From the IMG/VR virus record IMGVR_UViG_2595698222_000001, positions 12,031 through 76,030 of that record: a stretch of DNA of 64,000 nucleotides; one strand, given 5' to 3'. Position numbers and translations under genes: made by a program. Below the pieces are notes generated by a model, which saw nothing but the letters and a program-made list of their open reading frames with translations, did no database searches and was not told where the DNA came from. The DNA is from a virus (Duplodnaviria; Caudoviricetes). The first letter of the stretch is position 1. The number at the start of each line of letters is the position of its first letter. Below, in pieces: positions 1 to 10,715 of the stretch.

Positions 1-2
1 CA

Positions 3-194
3 AATAAAGATGGTATTAAGGTCTACACCACCGATATCATGGTTGAAGATCAGGAATTTGCAGATAGCAAGAATGCTTCTTCCGGTGGAGGAAGCCAACC
101 TACGAACACACCGGGAATTTCTGGTTCAATAGTAGGCGATGGTTTTATGAATATTCCAGATGGCGTAGAAGATGAAGGCCTTCCCTTTAACTAA
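3..194 (+). CDS. ssb: single-stranded DNA-binding protein, C-terminal part (truncated by window start)
   Basis: Manual translation NKDGIKVYTTDIMVEDQEFADSK...GFMNIPDGVEDEGLPFN*; acidic LPF tail typical of SSB. Confidence 0.9.
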   Translation, partial: NKDGIKVYTTDIMVEDQEFADSKNASSGGGSQPTNTPGISGSIVGDGFMNIPDGVEDEGLPFN

Positions 195-200
195 TGGGAG

Positions 201-599
201 GTGCTGCATGTGAATAAGAAAAATCAACCAAAGCCTTCCGAGGTTATAAAAAATTTTCTTGATTATCTGGTAAATAGCCAGAAGGAATATCAGGCGGCCT
301 GCACAGAAATGTTTGCTGAAGATAAAAAGGTTCAGGATTTTCTCCATGCTATTGAGTTTGAAAAAGATAGTAAGGTCCGTAGTAAAATAAGCACTAAATT
401 TCATATTAGCAGAAATTTCCGGAGAGCTGCAAAGGACAGATCACTTCAACTTGAGCGAGTTGCAAAATTCTATTCAGATAAGGCTAATAAGCCATTTATT
501 GATAAATTGCGCAGCATGGTTCAGGATCAGAAGAAAGAAGAGGAGTGGCTTGAAAGTGAGCGTGTTTATTATCCCAGAGGAGGTGATCCCGATTGCTGA
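201..599 (+). CDS. phage hypothetical protein
   Basis: 132-aa ORF with GGAGG RBS, in operon after ssb. Confidence 0.7.
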   Translation: MLHVNKKNQPKPSEVIKNFLDYLVNSQKEYQAACTEMFAEDKKVQDFLHAIEFEKDSKVRSKISTKFHISRNFRRAAKDRSLQLERVAKFYSDKANKPFIDKLRSMVQDQKKEEEWLESERVYYPRGGDPDC

Positions 600-1339
600 T
601 TTTGGAGGATACCAGACAGCAAGAGAAAAAACATGATGTTAAGCATGAGTATTTCCGGCGTGTTGGAGTTCATTATAATCGAACTGCATTATATTGTGGG
701 GATTATACTCTCCCTGCGAATCAGAGTGTTTGTATAGATACAAAAAAAGATATTCATGAGCTTATCGGCGATATTCAAGTTAAGCAAATGCCTAAAAAAG
801 AAGTAAAAGATAAAGTTTACGAAATCTGTAAAAATGAGCGAATTTCATTTGATCTTGCTGATGAAATATATCATGCGATATGTGATGATGATGCAGATCG
901 GTTTGCAGAAAAAGATATTAATGAAGTTTGCTATAAATATGCTTTATCTGAAAGCGTAATAGCCTCGTTTCAGGCACTTTATGTTAAAAGACACGGGTTC
1001 TTCCATCGAGGACTTAAAAGGGCGCAGAATAGCAAAATAGGGCTATTTATATTGATTGAGAATGAGGACGGGGTAACTTCTATAGATGATTTGTTCTATT
1101 GGCATAATCCTCGGCTTGATATACTGGTTAATAGTAATCAAATGATTGGTTTCTGCAAAAGTGGTAAGCCCAGATATAAGAAGGTAAGGAAATATCCTTA
1201 TGCGGCTACTGGGGAATGGCTGGCAAAGGCCTGCCTAACTATGGAATTAAAGTATAGCTGTAAGTTTCTTTTTTGCAGCCCGGGGGAATCCGGATCAAAG
1301 ATTTTAGAACTTTTGGGAATTTCCCAGATTAATTATTGA
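593..1339 (+). CDS. ERCC4-like nuclease / putative junction resolvase
   Basis: EDTRQQ...GDY...IDTKKD motifs of the ERCC4 fold; replication-module context. Confidence 0.7.
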   Translation: MLILEDTRQQEKKHDVKHEYFRRVGVHYNRTALYCGDYTLPANQSVCIDTKKDIHELIGDIQVKQMPKKEVKDKVYEICKNERISFDLADEIYHAICDDDADRFAEKDINEVCYKYALSESVIASFQALYVKRHGFFHRGLKRAQNSKIGLFILIENEDGVTSIDDLFYWHNPRLDILVNSNQMIGFCKSGKPRYKKVRKYPYAATGEWLAKACLTMELKYSCKFLFCSPGESGSKILELLGISQINY

Positions 1340-1400
1340 ATTGACTGACCGGAGCTTTTGGTTCCGGTCAGAGAGCTAAATTGACGGGTGGTGTTTTAAT

Positions 1401-1838
1401 ATGGGATGTCCTATTATTCCAACGATACAATGCCAGCTAAATTGTCCGTATCGTGAATGCAAGAAGCAAATTACAGCTGATGAAATGCGGTTGTCAGAGC
1501 GGATTGATATTGAAATAAAGCTTGATCCTCTTCCCGATGACTATAGATCTAGGTGGGCCAGGAATAACTCAGAACGAAATAAGGCTAATAAGCGTAGGCA
1601 TTACATAGAAAATTATGATTCTTATAAGGCAAGAAGAATGGCCTATTATCAAGGCCATAAAGAAGAGATATTGTCGAAGCAGCATGAATATTACCAGAGG
1701 AATAAGGAGCTTATAAATGCACGAGATCGTGACAGAAAGCGTGACAGATGGGCTGAAAATCCGGAGTACTACAGGCAAAAGCAGAGAGAATATCGAGCGA
1801 AAAGGAAAGCAGAGAAATCATTGTCATTGAATACATAA
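1401..1838 (+). CDS. phage hypothetical protein (Cys cluster, basic repeats)
   Basis: 145-aa ORF with CQLNCPYREC and YY..KE repeats. Confidence 0.6.
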   Translation: MGCPIIPTIQCQLNCPYRECKKQITADEMRLSERIDIEIKLDPLPDDYRSRWARNNSERNKANKRRHYIENYDSYKARRMAYYQGHKEEILSKQHEYYQRNKELINARDRDRKRDRWAENPEYYRQKQREYRAKRKAEKSLSLNT

Positions 1839-1951
1839 GGCAATCTTCAGTAAAAAGAGGAAATTGGATTATAAGATATTTAAGGTGAATAAAAAATTCA
1901 TTTAACTAAAAAGCTGAAAACTTTTGAAATTGATTATGGGAGGTTGCGTTA

Positions 1952-2797
1952 ATGACACATAGTTTTGATTCCGAGATAGCAGAGAAATATGGAATACTGG
2001 AAGCTATACTTCTAAATAATATTTATTATTGGATTGAAAAAAATCGAGCAAATGAGCTAAACTTTTTTGATGGAACTTATTGGACATATAACAGCGCAAA
2101 GGCATTTAGTCAATTGTTTTCATACGCCTCTGAAAGACAGATTAATTATGCCTTGAAACATCTGCGTGAAGAAGAAATTCTTCTTGTTGGAAATTATAAC
2201 GAGAAAACATATGATAGAACTTTATGGTATTCCATAAGTGAGTGTGGTCTAGCCATTATAGAGAAAAGAGAAATCAAAAATACGGAAATGTCAAATGGAG
2301 ATAGCAAAAATGTAGAATCCATTTTACAAAATTGTCAAATGGAAATAACAAATTTGTCAGATGGATTTGACACTAATGTAGAACCTATACCAGATATAAA
2401 ACCAGATAATAAACCAAATATAAAACCAAATGATAATACAGTATCTAACGATACTGTTCGCAGCACTGACGTGCAACGTGTCATTGATGCCTGGAATTCT
2501 TTGCCTGGATTAAGCCGCATTACAAAAATTGTTTCCGGTACTCAACGTTACGATTGGTTAAAAGTACGGATTAGGGATTATGGTATTGAAGAAGTGTTAA
2601 GAGCAATTGAAAATGTTCGGAGTAGTCCATTTCTTCTCGGGAGAAGTAAAAGCGGTTGGACCATTGATTTTGATTGGTTTGTAAGGCCGAATAATTTCCC
2701 CAAAGTACTTGATGGTAATTATCTAGATGATAAATCAGCAAGCCAAGAGCCCAATAATCCAGAGTCTCATAATGATGGTGGAGAAACATGGCAGTAG
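1952..2797 (+). CDS. phage replication initiator protein
   Basis: N-terminal HTH-like region, low-complexity linker, C-terminal FDWFVRPNNFPKVLDGNY; precedes primase-helicase. Confidence 0.75.
   Translation: MTHSFDSEIAEKYGILEAILLNNIYYWIEKNRANELNFFDGTYWTYNSAKAFSQLFSYASERQINYALKHLREEEILLVGNYNEKTYDRTLWYSISECGLAIIEKREIKNTEMSNGDSKNVESILQNCQMEITNLSDGFDTNVEPIPDIKPDNKPNIKPNDNTVSNDTVRSTDVQRVIDAWNSLPGLSRITKIVSGTQRYDWLKVRIRDYGIEEVLRAIENVRSSPFLLGRSKSGWTIDFDWFVRPNNFPKVLDGNYLDDKSASQEPNNPESHNDGGETWQ
2289..2385 (+). repeat. iteron-like repeats (putative replication origin)
   Basis: TGTCAAATGGA at 2289 and 2333, TGTCAGATGGA at 2355, TGTAGAA variants at 2311 and 2377; 22-bp periodicity inside the initiator gene. 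Confidence 0.6.
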
Positions 2798-4827
2798 GAC
2801 AGAAGTTGTTTGACCCTGATGAAATCCGAAAAACAATCAATACGATAAAACCTGATGGAGAATTGTTTGAGGTACGGTGTCTTGAAGCAAATGGGCGAAA
2901 AGTTTACAGCGGATATTTTAAATCACCTGAAACCTTAATTGACCAGCTTTGTAGGCTTAATTCTACAGACAGTAATATTTACATAACTCTGGGGTGTGTG
3001 AAAGAAGACTGTTATTCACGGGAGCAACGGGAAAAGTTCGTCATGAACGCAAAGAATACGACTAATGACAATGATATTGTGGGGTATAAATGGCTTTTCA
3101 TAGATGTGGATCCGCAACGGCCGGCCGGAGTTTCCAGTTCTGAAGAACAGTTGCGGAAAGCAAAGGAACGTGGCAATCAGATTTATGTATTCATGAAGAA
3201 TCTTGGATTTAATGATCCGGTAACGGCTTTGAGTGGTAACGGGATTCATCTGCTATATCGGATTCAGATCGCCAATAACGAGGATAACAAGGCACTGATC
3301 AAAAAGTCTCTAGCGGCACTGGATATGTTCTTCAGTGATGACGAACTGAAAATAGATACAACTAACTTTAATCCCTCCCGTATTTGTAAACTGTATGGGA
3401 CCATGGCCAGAAAAGGCAGCAATACAAAGGAGAACCCTCACAGGCTTAGTCATCTGCTTTCTGAGGGGAACCCAGTGCCAACAGATAAGATTTATCTGGA
3501 AAAGCTAACGGCCATGATTCCGGATAAGCAGGAAAAGCCACAGAGGTATAACAATTATAATCCCAAAGATTTTGATTTAGAAGAGTGGCTACAACGGTAT
3601 AATATCCAATATAAAAAGGCTGGCTACAGTGATGGAACTAAATTCATTCTGGACGAATGTCCGTTTGATAGCAACCATAAAGGTAAAGATGCTTGTATCT
3701 TTCAGTCTCGGTCCGGCGGTATTGGATTCCATTGCTTTCACAATTCATGTTCGGATAAGACCTGGCAGGATGTGAGAAAGCTTTTTGAGCCAGACGCTTA
3801 TGAAAAGCGGCAGCAGGAATATGAGCGCAAGATTTATTCACGGTTACCGGTACAGCAACGCCCAGTACAGAGCATTGTGCCGGTCCAAGGGAATCCGGTG
3901 TTTTTCACGGCAAGAAATATTTTAGACCTGCAGGTACCGGAAGAAAGATTCGTGAAAAGTGGAATAGTTGATATTGACAAGAAACTGAGAGGATTAAAAA
4001 AAGGATATGTAACTGTTATGTCTGGCTTAAGAGCCTCTGGAAAATCCAGTGTCATATCTGAAATGGTTTTGGACGCAGTGGAAACTGGAAATAATGCTGC
4101 GGTATTCTCTGGGGAGTTAGCACCAAAGAATTTCATGAGGTGGATGGACCTGCAGGCTGCCGGAAGAGGATATACGGAGCCTACGCAATTTGAAGGATAT
4201 TACAATGTTCCCAGAAAGTATAAGGAGCAGATTGCAGAATGGTTGGGTCAGCATTTCTTCTTGTACAACAACGATTACGGTAATGATTACCGGGCGGTGG
4301 CAGAACAGTTTGAAAAGGCCATTGAGGAAAAGAAGCTGGATTTGCTGATTCTGGATAACCTGATGGCTTTCAATATCCTTTGCCTATCAGATAACAAATT
4401 CGAAGCGCAGACAGCATTTATTCTTGATATGCAGCGGATTGCAAAGAAACACAATGTCCATGTGCTATTTGTAGCACACCCGAGAAAGGCAATGGGATTC
4501 CTCCGGCTTGATGATATATCCGGTACTGCGGACCTGGGAAATGCAGTTGACAATGCCCTGATAGTGCACAGGGTTAATAATGACTTTAAAAGGCTTGGTA
4601 AGCAGATGTTTGGCTGGAATGACAATAACCCGATATTTGAATCCACCAATGTGATTGAAATTGCAAAAGATCGAGACGGCGGCACAATGGATTATTTCGT
4701 TCCGCTACACTACGAAATAGAAACTAAGCGATTGAAAAATTCGCCTGCTGAAAACAAAATCTATGGCTGGAATAAATCTGATGATGGATTCCTGAATGTG
4801 GAGCAGGGCGAGATACCTTTTGATTGA
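2788..4827 (+). CDS. primase-helicase fusion (primase-like N-terminus, Zn-finger, DnaB-like SF4 helicase)
   Basis: FIDVD and SGNGIH primase-like motifs, CPFDSNH..CFHNSC, Walker A SGLRASGKS, LILDNL, VAHPRK, AKDRDG. Confidence 0.85.
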   Translation: MAVGQKLFDPDEIRKTINTIKPDGELFEVRCLEANGRKVYSGYFKSPETLIDQLCRLNSTDSNIYITLGCVKEDCYSREQREKFVMNAKNTTNDNDIVGYKWLFIDVDPQRPAGVSSSEEQLRKAKERGNQIYVFMKNLGFNDPVTALSGNGIHLLYRIQIANNEDNKALIKKSLAALDMFFSDDELKIDTTNFNPSRICKLYGTMARKGSNTKENPHRLSHLLSEGNPVPTDKIYLEKLTAMIPDKQEKPQRYNNYNPKDFDLEEWLQRYNIQYKKAGYSDGTKFILDECPFDSNHKGKDACIFQSRSGGIGFHCFHNSCSDKTWQDVRKLFEPDAYEKRQQEYERKIYSRLPVQQRPVQSIVPVQGNPVFFTARNILDLQVPEERFVKSGIVDIDKKLRGLKKGYVTVMSGLRASGKSSVISEMVLDAVETGNNAAVFSGELAPKNFMRWMDLQAAGRGYTEPTQFEGYYNVPRKYKEQIAEWLGQHFFLYNNDYGNDYRAVAEQFEKAIEEKKLDLLILDNLMAFNILCLSDNKFEAQTAFILDMQRIAKKHNVHVLFVAHPRKAMGFLRLDDISGTADLGNAVDNALIVHRVNNDFKRLGKQMFGWNDNNPIFESTNVIEIAKDRDGGTMDYFVPLHYEIETKRLKNSPAENKIYGWNKSDDGFLNVEQGEIPFD

Positions 4828-4843
4828 GAGGAGGTAATGTATC

Positions 4844-5164
4844 GTGACATTAAGCACTCAAAAGCCAACACGGGAAGAACGTGCGGCTATGACCAAAGAT
4901 GAATTGCTTAGAGCAGTGTGGCTTCTTGATGATGTACTTGAATCTTTAAGGTGGATTCCGATTAAGGAAAGGCAGCCTAAATATGACGGGGAGTATGAAA
5001 CAACTGTAAGGACATTACCTGGATTTAAGGGTGTTTCGCCTGGTGTTGTACAGAATGTCCGAATGGTTTATGTGTCCGGGAAATGGAAAAGCCAATGGTT
5101 TCAGGAAATTCCCTACTATGAGGTATTGGCGTGGCGTGAAGTTGCAGAGCCGTTTAAAGGTTGA
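4844..5164 (+). CDS. phage protein, DUF551-like
   Basis: RWIPIKERQP...VLAWREVAEP pattern. Confidence 0.55.
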   Translation: MTLSTQKPTREERAAMTKDELLRAVWLLDDVLESLRWIPIKERQPKYDGEYETTVRTLPGFKGVSPGVVQNVRMVYVSGKWKSQWFQEIPYYEVLAWREVAEPFKG

Positions 5165-5194
5165 TACATAACCTGCTTAGGCAGAAAGGACAAT

Positions 5195-5620
5195 ATGAAT
5201 ACATATGTGATTACTTTATCAGGATATGATAGGCAGGCAACTGCTTACGGTGAAACGTCGGGAAAGGCTAAGTATAATTCCTACTTAGAAATGGGAGATT
5301 TATTTGATAGCTTTGCTGAATTTTTGCGATTTGTAAAAAGCATAAAGCTGATCCATAAATTCAGACCGTGTGATTTGTTTGGTGATATTGAACAGTTCGA
5401 GCGAATGAAAGAATGTCGTAATATCCCATTCGCTTTTATGGGAATGAAGGTGATTTTAAAATCCAGAAGCAGAGGAAATATTAAAGGAGCCATTGTCGGT
5501 TCAAATGACAGCATGAACTTGGATATCTGCTTTGATGGAACCTGCCATAAAGAGAATTGTCACCCACATTATGAATTGATCTATCTGGATAATAGTGGGA
5601 ACATCGTAGCCGAATTTTAA
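5195..5620 (+). CDS. phage hypothetical protein
   Basis: 141-aa ORF with RBS. Confidence 0.65.
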   Translation: MNTYVITLSGYDRQATAYGETSGKAKYNSYLEMGDLFDSFAEFLRFVKSIKLIHKFRPCDLFGDIEQFERMKECRNIPFAFMGMKVILKSRSRGNIKGAIVGSNDSMNLDICFDGTCHKENCHPHYELIYLDNSGNIVAEF

Positions 5621-5659
5621 TTGGGATTTAAAGAAATCAGGACAGAGAGGAGAAAAGGC

Positions 5660-5956
5660 ATGACAGAATATTTAGCAGAAAGTACCCTTGCAAACATGAG
5701 ATTTGGTTTGTCCATAACAAGACCGGGAATAAATGCAGTAAACGAAAAAATGGCTCTTGAAATAGCTATAAGTGCATTGGAAAAACAAATTCCAGTTAAG
5801 CCCATAGAAGATGGTTCATTTGGGAAATGCCCGGCTTGTGGATATGAATTTAATTCGGAGCTTCTGAGTGAGTACAATTTGAAATACTGCTTAAATTGTG
5901 GGAAGAAGATTCAACTCGCTAAGCAAGGTTTGGAGGTAGACAATGAAAATCATTAA
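5660..5956 (+). CDS. zinc-ribbon phage protein
   Basis: ALEKQIP.KP, CPACG, CLNCG; ATG start after AAAGG preferred over upstream TTG. Confidence 0.65.
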   Translation: MTEYLAESTLANMRFGLSITRPGINAVNEKMALEIAISALEKQIPVKPIEDGSFGKCPACGYEFNSELLSEYNLKYCLNCGKKIQLAKQGLEVDNENH

Positions 5957-6155
5957 GCAAGACGGCAATGTAGTTAAGGGGCACAGTATTGAAATGCAAG
6001 GTTGTGTTATCTACTGTACTCCAGATGATCAGCCAGGTAAATGTGTAGAGTGTGGTAGGTATAGAGATATGCTGCGGACAACAGAAGTGTTTTCAGAAAT
6101 GACCATTGCAGGTTGGAGCTTTAAAAATCCCGAATATGCTATGCCACAAAATTAG
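5943..6155 (+). CDS. phage hypothetical protein
   Basis: 70-aa ORF with GGAGG RBS. Confidence 0.6.
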   Translation: MKIIKQDGNVVKGHSIEMQGCVIYCTPDDQPGKCVECGRYRDMLRTTEVFSEMTIAGWSFKNPEYAMPQN

Positions 6156-6249
6156 AATTTAATGAATTAACGTACATTGAAAACTTAATATTGATAGTTA
6201 GTAAGGGTAGTGGTATTCTATTCATGAAGATTATTTATATAATAGGAGG

Positions 6250-6789
6250 GTGAAGCGATTGGAGCAAATTAAATTACAACTTCCTAAAACATACCATAAA
6301 GAAGCCGCAGAAGATTATAAGAATGAATTCTTCAAATATAATGAATACGTTATTAACGGAAGTGCATTATTTGACCAAATGAAATATGACCAATGGCTTG
6401 TTAACACCACAAATAACAGCAAAGAAAGTACAGTAAGGGCAGATTGGGTGGTAGCAAGTACATTTTTTGCAGTCAGACAGTGCGATAATAAAATTATTGG
6501 AATGATAGATATACGCCATACTTTAAATAACGATTTTTTAATGCAATATGGTGGCCATATAGGTTATTCAGTGAGACCAAGTGAAAGAAAAAAGGGCTAT
6601 GCAACAGCAATGGTTCGGCTGGGGCTTAATTATGCAAAAACACTTGGCCTTAATAAAGTGATGTTGGGGTGTTATGCAGATAACGTTCCCTCAATACAAA
6701 CCATTAAAAAGTGTGGCGGTATATTGACTGAAATAAAACCATATTTGGATGGAAAAACAATTCATATATATTGGATTTATTTACAGTAA
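6250..6789 (+). CDS. GNAT-family acetyltransferase (moron)
   Basis: GGHIGYSVRPSERKKGYAT acetyl-CoA motif; own promoter and terminator. Confidence 0.85.
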   Translation: MKRLEQIKLQLPKTYHKEAAEDYKNEFFKYNEYVINGSALFDQMKYDQWLVNTTNNSKESTVRADWVVASTFFAVRQCDNKIIGMIDIRHTLNNDFLMQYGGHIGYSVRPSERKKGYATAMVRLGLNYAKTLGLNKVMLGCYADNVPSIQTIKKCGGILTEIKPYLDGKTIHIYWIYLQ

Positions 6790-6915
6790 TTCTACTAAAT
6801 GATTACAATATGATTGAATTAAATATGTTAAGAAAACTACTAACTATCAGTATTAAGCTGGTAGTTTTTTAGTGCAGAAATTTAATTAAGCAAACTGAAA
6901 TTTAATGGAGGCTAT

Positions 6916-7434
6916 ATGTTAGATAACAGGTTAAAAGTTTTTGTTGCAGTGTGCGAAACCCGCGGATATCAAAAGGCTGCTGATAAATTATTTATCTCAC
7001 AGCCTGCGGTATCACATCACATACGAAACTTAGAGCAGGAAATGGGAACAAAACTCATTGTATTTAGAAAAGGGCAGCTTAAGTTAATGCAACTCACGAA
7101 ACACGGAGAAATATTATTTAAGTATTGCAAGCAGGTAGTTAAACAAGATAAGCAATTACAAGAGGAATTAGCTCAGAACAAGAATTATGTTCCCCCATTT
7201 GAGCCATATAAAATTATGACAAAATTATATGAGGATCCTGACTACATAATGGGGAAAAGGCTAAGTGAGTTGGTATCATCTATTGCCGAAACTAGATCCG
7301 AAAGGGATCGTCTATATAATGCTTTACGTGATGATCCAGATGTAAGGAAGAAAGTATTTGATAGCGGTCAGCGTAGATTTTATTATTATCACACAGACGA
7401 TGTTAAAAAGTATATTGAAGATATGCGAATCTGA
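6916..7434 (+). CDS. LysR-type HTH protein lacking the usual substrate-binding domain
   Basis: LKVFVAV...AADKLFISQPAVSHHIRNLEQEMG; only 172 aa. Confidence 0.75.
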   Translation: MLDNRLKVFVAVCETRGYQKAADKLFISQPAVSHHIRNLEQEMGTKLIVFRKGQLKLMQLTKHGEILFKYCKQVVKQDKQLQEELAQNKNYVPPFEPYKIMTKLYEDPDYIMGKRLSELVSSIAETRSERDRLYNALRDDPDVRKKVFDSGQRRFYYYHTDDVKKYIEDMRI

Positions 7435-7516
7435 TATTTTGCATAGTTGAAAATCATTGAAAGGAGACCGGAGCGGTGGCCACCGTGACAGGATATCCTG
7501 GCTTCTTTCACAAATA

Positions 7517-10024
7517 ATGGATTATTTAGAGTTTTTGAAAACAAAGATTGAAATTGCAACGGATACAGGATTCGCAGTAGAACGGAGCACTATCAATAAG
7601 GCATTGAAATTTCATCAGGGTGACGCTGTCGCATGGGCTTTGAAAGGTGGTTGCCGAGCGTTATTTGAAAGCTTTGGCCTTGGAAAGACAGTTCAGGAAA
7701 TAGAATTCTGCTATCAGGTAATTAGGAAGTTTGGAGGAAAAGCTCTCATAGTTTGTCCATTGGGTGTTAAACAGGAATTCATAAGGGACGCGCAGAGTAT
7801 TCTCGGTTATGAAAAGCCCATATATGTTAGAAACATGGAAGAGGTTAAGGCTGCAGAAGCTGGTATCCTCATTACCAACTACGAACGAGTACGTGATGGA
7901 GATATAGACCCCAGTTATTTCACGGCAACTTCTCTTGATGAAGCCAGTGTTCTTAGGAGTTTTGGAAGCAAGACTTATCAAACCTTCCTGGATAAATTCA
8001 AAGAGGTTCCTTACAAACTTGTGGCTACAGCCACGCCAAGTCCGAACAAATATAAAGAGCTGATTCACTACGCCGGATATTTGGGAGTTATGGATACCGG
8101 CCAGGCATTGACGAGATTCTTTCAGCGAGATTCTACAAAAGCCAATAATTTAACTTTATATTCGAACATGGAAGATGAGTTCTGGCTTTGGGTAAGCAGC
8201 TGGGCGCTATTCATTACAAAGCCTTCAGATATAAACCTGGATTATTCAGATGATGGATATATTCTTCCGCCTTTAGATGTAAGGTGGCATGAACTTCCGG
8301 TAAATTACGGCGATACTGCAGATAGAGATGGCCAGTTTCAGTTATTTAATGAAGCAGCTGACGGCCTGAAAGAAGCAGCACAGGTGAAACGAGAAAGTAT
8401 TGACCTAAGAACAGCAAAGATGAAAGAGATCCTTGAGTCTGACCCGGAGGATCATTTTATTATATGGCATGACCTGGAAGCAGAGAGACTGGCAATTAAG
8501 AAAGCAGTGCCGGGTGTCGTGGATATTTACGGTTCCCAGGATTATGAAATTCGGGAACAAAGGGTTATTGACTTTTCAGAGGGTTGTTGTCAGTATTTTG
8601 CAACAAAAAAAGAGTTATCAGGATCTGGCTGCAATTTTCAAAAGCATTGTCATAGGGAAATATTCCTGGGGATTGATTACGAATTTAATGATTTTATTCA
8701 GGCCATACATAGGTGCTATCGCTTCCTGCAAAAGGAGCCAGTTATCATTGATATTATCTACATGGAAAATGAGAGAGAAATCAAAGATGTGTTACTGGAA
8801 AAGTGGAAGAATCATAATCACATGGTAGAAAAAATGATTGAGATTGTTAGAAAGTACGGATTGTCGGCGGCTGGGAAAGAAAAACGCTTAGAGCGGAAGA
8901 TGGGAGTTGAAACAGTGAAGGTCAAGGGAAGTAAGTATACAGCAGTTAATGATGATTGCGTAGAAGAAACAAGGCGTATGGAAAGTGATAGCGTTGGCCT
9001 GATTCATACATCAATACCTTTTGGAAACCATTATGAATATTCGGCCAATTATAATGACTTTGGGCATAATCAGGATACGGAAAGATTCTTTGAGCAGATG
9101 GACTTCCTTACACCTGAACTTCTTAGGATCCTGCAGCCGGGAAGAGTGGCGGCAATACATGTTAAGGATCGTATCCTTTTCGGAAACGCTACAGGAACAG
9201 GAATGCCCACGGTAGAACCTTTTCATTCAGATTGTATTAGTCATTATATTAAACATGGATTTCAGTATTTTGGCATGATTACTATTGTTACTGATGTGGT
9301 AAGGGAAAATAATCAGACCTATCGGCTGGGCTGGACGGAGCAATGCAAAGATGGAAGCAAAATGGGAGTGGGTTGTCCAGAATATATTTTACTCTTTAGA
9401 AAACTACCTACTGACAGATCAACGGCTTATGCAGACGTACCTGTGAAAAAGACCAAAGAAGATTATACCAGGGCTCAATGGCAGATAGACGCTCACGGAT
9501 TCTGGAGATCTTCGGGTAATCGCCTTATTAGAAAAGAAGAGTTAGAAAATGTTTCGGTAAAGAATCTTCAGGCTGTTTACCGGAAATATAGCAGGGATCA
9601 TGTTTATGACTATAAAGAGCATGTAGAGCTGGCCAAGAAACTTGATACGGAAGATAAGCTCCCAGCTACATTTATGGTGGTTGCGCCGGGAAGCTGGACA
9701 TGGGAAGTATGGGACGATATCAACCGCATGAGAACTTTGAATACCAGTCAGAGCCGGAGAAGAGCGCAACTCCATGTATGTCCTTTACAGCTGGATATAG
9801 TGGAACGAATTATCAACAGATATTCCAACGAAGGTGACCTTGTAGCAGATCCATTTGCCGGGCTTATGACGATCCCTATGACAGCCGTTAAGATGGGTAG
9901 GCTCGGATATGGAATAGAATTGAATCCGGATTATTTCAGAGATGGCGTTGGGTACCTGCAGGCGGCAGAAGAAGATGTGGATTCCCCGACACTATTTGAT
10001 TTTATGCCAGAGATAATAGCATAA
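7517..10024 (+). CDS. SNF2-like helicase / amino-DNA methyltransferase fusion
   Basis: GLGKT, LDEAS, TATP helicase motifs; TSIPF and DPFAG methylase motifs; ATG at 7517 after structured leader. Confidence 0.85.
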   Translation: MDYLEFLKTKIEIATDTGFAVERSTINKALKFHQGDAVAWALKGGCRALFESFGLGKTVQEIEFCYQVIRKFGGKALIVCPLGVKQEFIRDAQSILGYEKPIYVRNMEEVKAAEAGILITNYERVRDGDIDPSYFTATSLDEASVLRSFGSKTYQTFLDKFKEVPYKLVATATPSPNKYKELIHYAGYLGVMDTGQALTRFFQRDSTKANNLTLYSNMEDEFWLWVSSWALFITKPSDINLDYSDDGYILPPLDVRWHELPVNYGDTADRDGQFQLFNEAADGLKEAAQVKRESIDLRTAKMKEILESDPEDHFIIWHDLEAERLAIKKAVPGVVDIYGSQDYEIREQRVIDFSEGCCQYFATKKELSGSGCNFQKHCHREIFLGIDYEFNDFIQAIHRCYRFLQKEPVIIDIIYMENEREIKDVLLEKWKNHNHMVEKMIEIVRKYGLSAAGKEKRLERKMGVETVKVKGSKYTAVNDDCVEETRRMESDSVGLIHTSIPFGNHYEYSANYNDFGHNQDTERFFEQMDFLTPELLRILQPGRVAAIHVKDRILFGNATGTGMPTVEPFHSDCISHYIKHGFQYFGMITIVTDVVRENNQTYRLGWTEQCKDGSKMGVGCPEYILLFRKLPTDRSTAYADVPVKKTKEDYTRAQWQIDAHGFWRSSGNRLIRKEELENVSVKNLQAVYRKYSRDHVYDYKEHVELAKKLDTEDKLPATFMVVAPGSWTWEVWDDINRMRTLNTSQSRRRAQLHVCPLQLDIVERIINRYSNEGDLVADPFAGLMTIPMTAVKMGRLGYGIELNPDYFRDGVGYLQAAEEDVDSPTLFDFMPEIIA

Positions 10025-10340
10025 GGCAAAGCAAGAGAAGAAAGGAGATAAAAATTTGAAGAATTGGGTTAAATGGGTGAGTGTAGCCGTGGTCGTATTG
10101 TTCGGAATTGGTTTTACAGAATCTCCAATGTGTTTGTGGGCGTTTTTCATTCCGTTTTTAAGTGATTGCTTTTCATAGACAGGAACGGAGGCAAAGTCTT
10201 GAAATATGAATTACATATGCTTTTACGAAAGATAATAATGAGGTGATACGGAAAAGATTGCAATTCGTGTAAGCATTATGATGGAAGCTTTGGTGACGAG
10301 AGCTGCTTTCCCTGTGAACGAAGCATAAAGGCGGTGGGAT

Positions 10341-10715
10341 ATGAACGAAAGTAGAAAATATACGATTTACGCCGTAGATTTTGACGGCACACTTGTAGAA
10401 AGCGTCTGGCCGGGAATCGGTGAGCCGAATCAGGCATTGATTAATCATTTGATTAAAAGACGTAGAGGGGGAAACAAAGTAATTCTTTGGACATGCCGCT
10501 GTGGCAGCCGCTTGGAAGAAGCTGTTTCATGGTGCAGGAATTATGACCTGGAATTTGACGCTGTGAACGAGAACTTATCTGAAATGGTAAAGTTGTTCGG
10601 AAACGATTCACGAAAGATATTCGCTGATGTTTACATAGACGATAAGGCCAAGGTTAAGGCCAAGTATCGCATTCCTTATCAAGGTGGTGAAGATGATGGA
10701 AGAACGCGATCTTAG
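10341..10715 (+). CDS. HAD-family phosphatase-like phage protein
   Basis: AVDFDGT, LWTCR, YIDD motifs. Confidence 0.75.
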   Translation: MNESRKYTIYAVDFDGTLVESVWPGIGEPNQALINHLIKRRRGGNKVILWTCRCGSRLEEAVSWCRNYDLEFDAVNENLSEMVKLFGNDSRKIFADVYIDDKAKVKAKYRIPYQGGEDDGRTRS

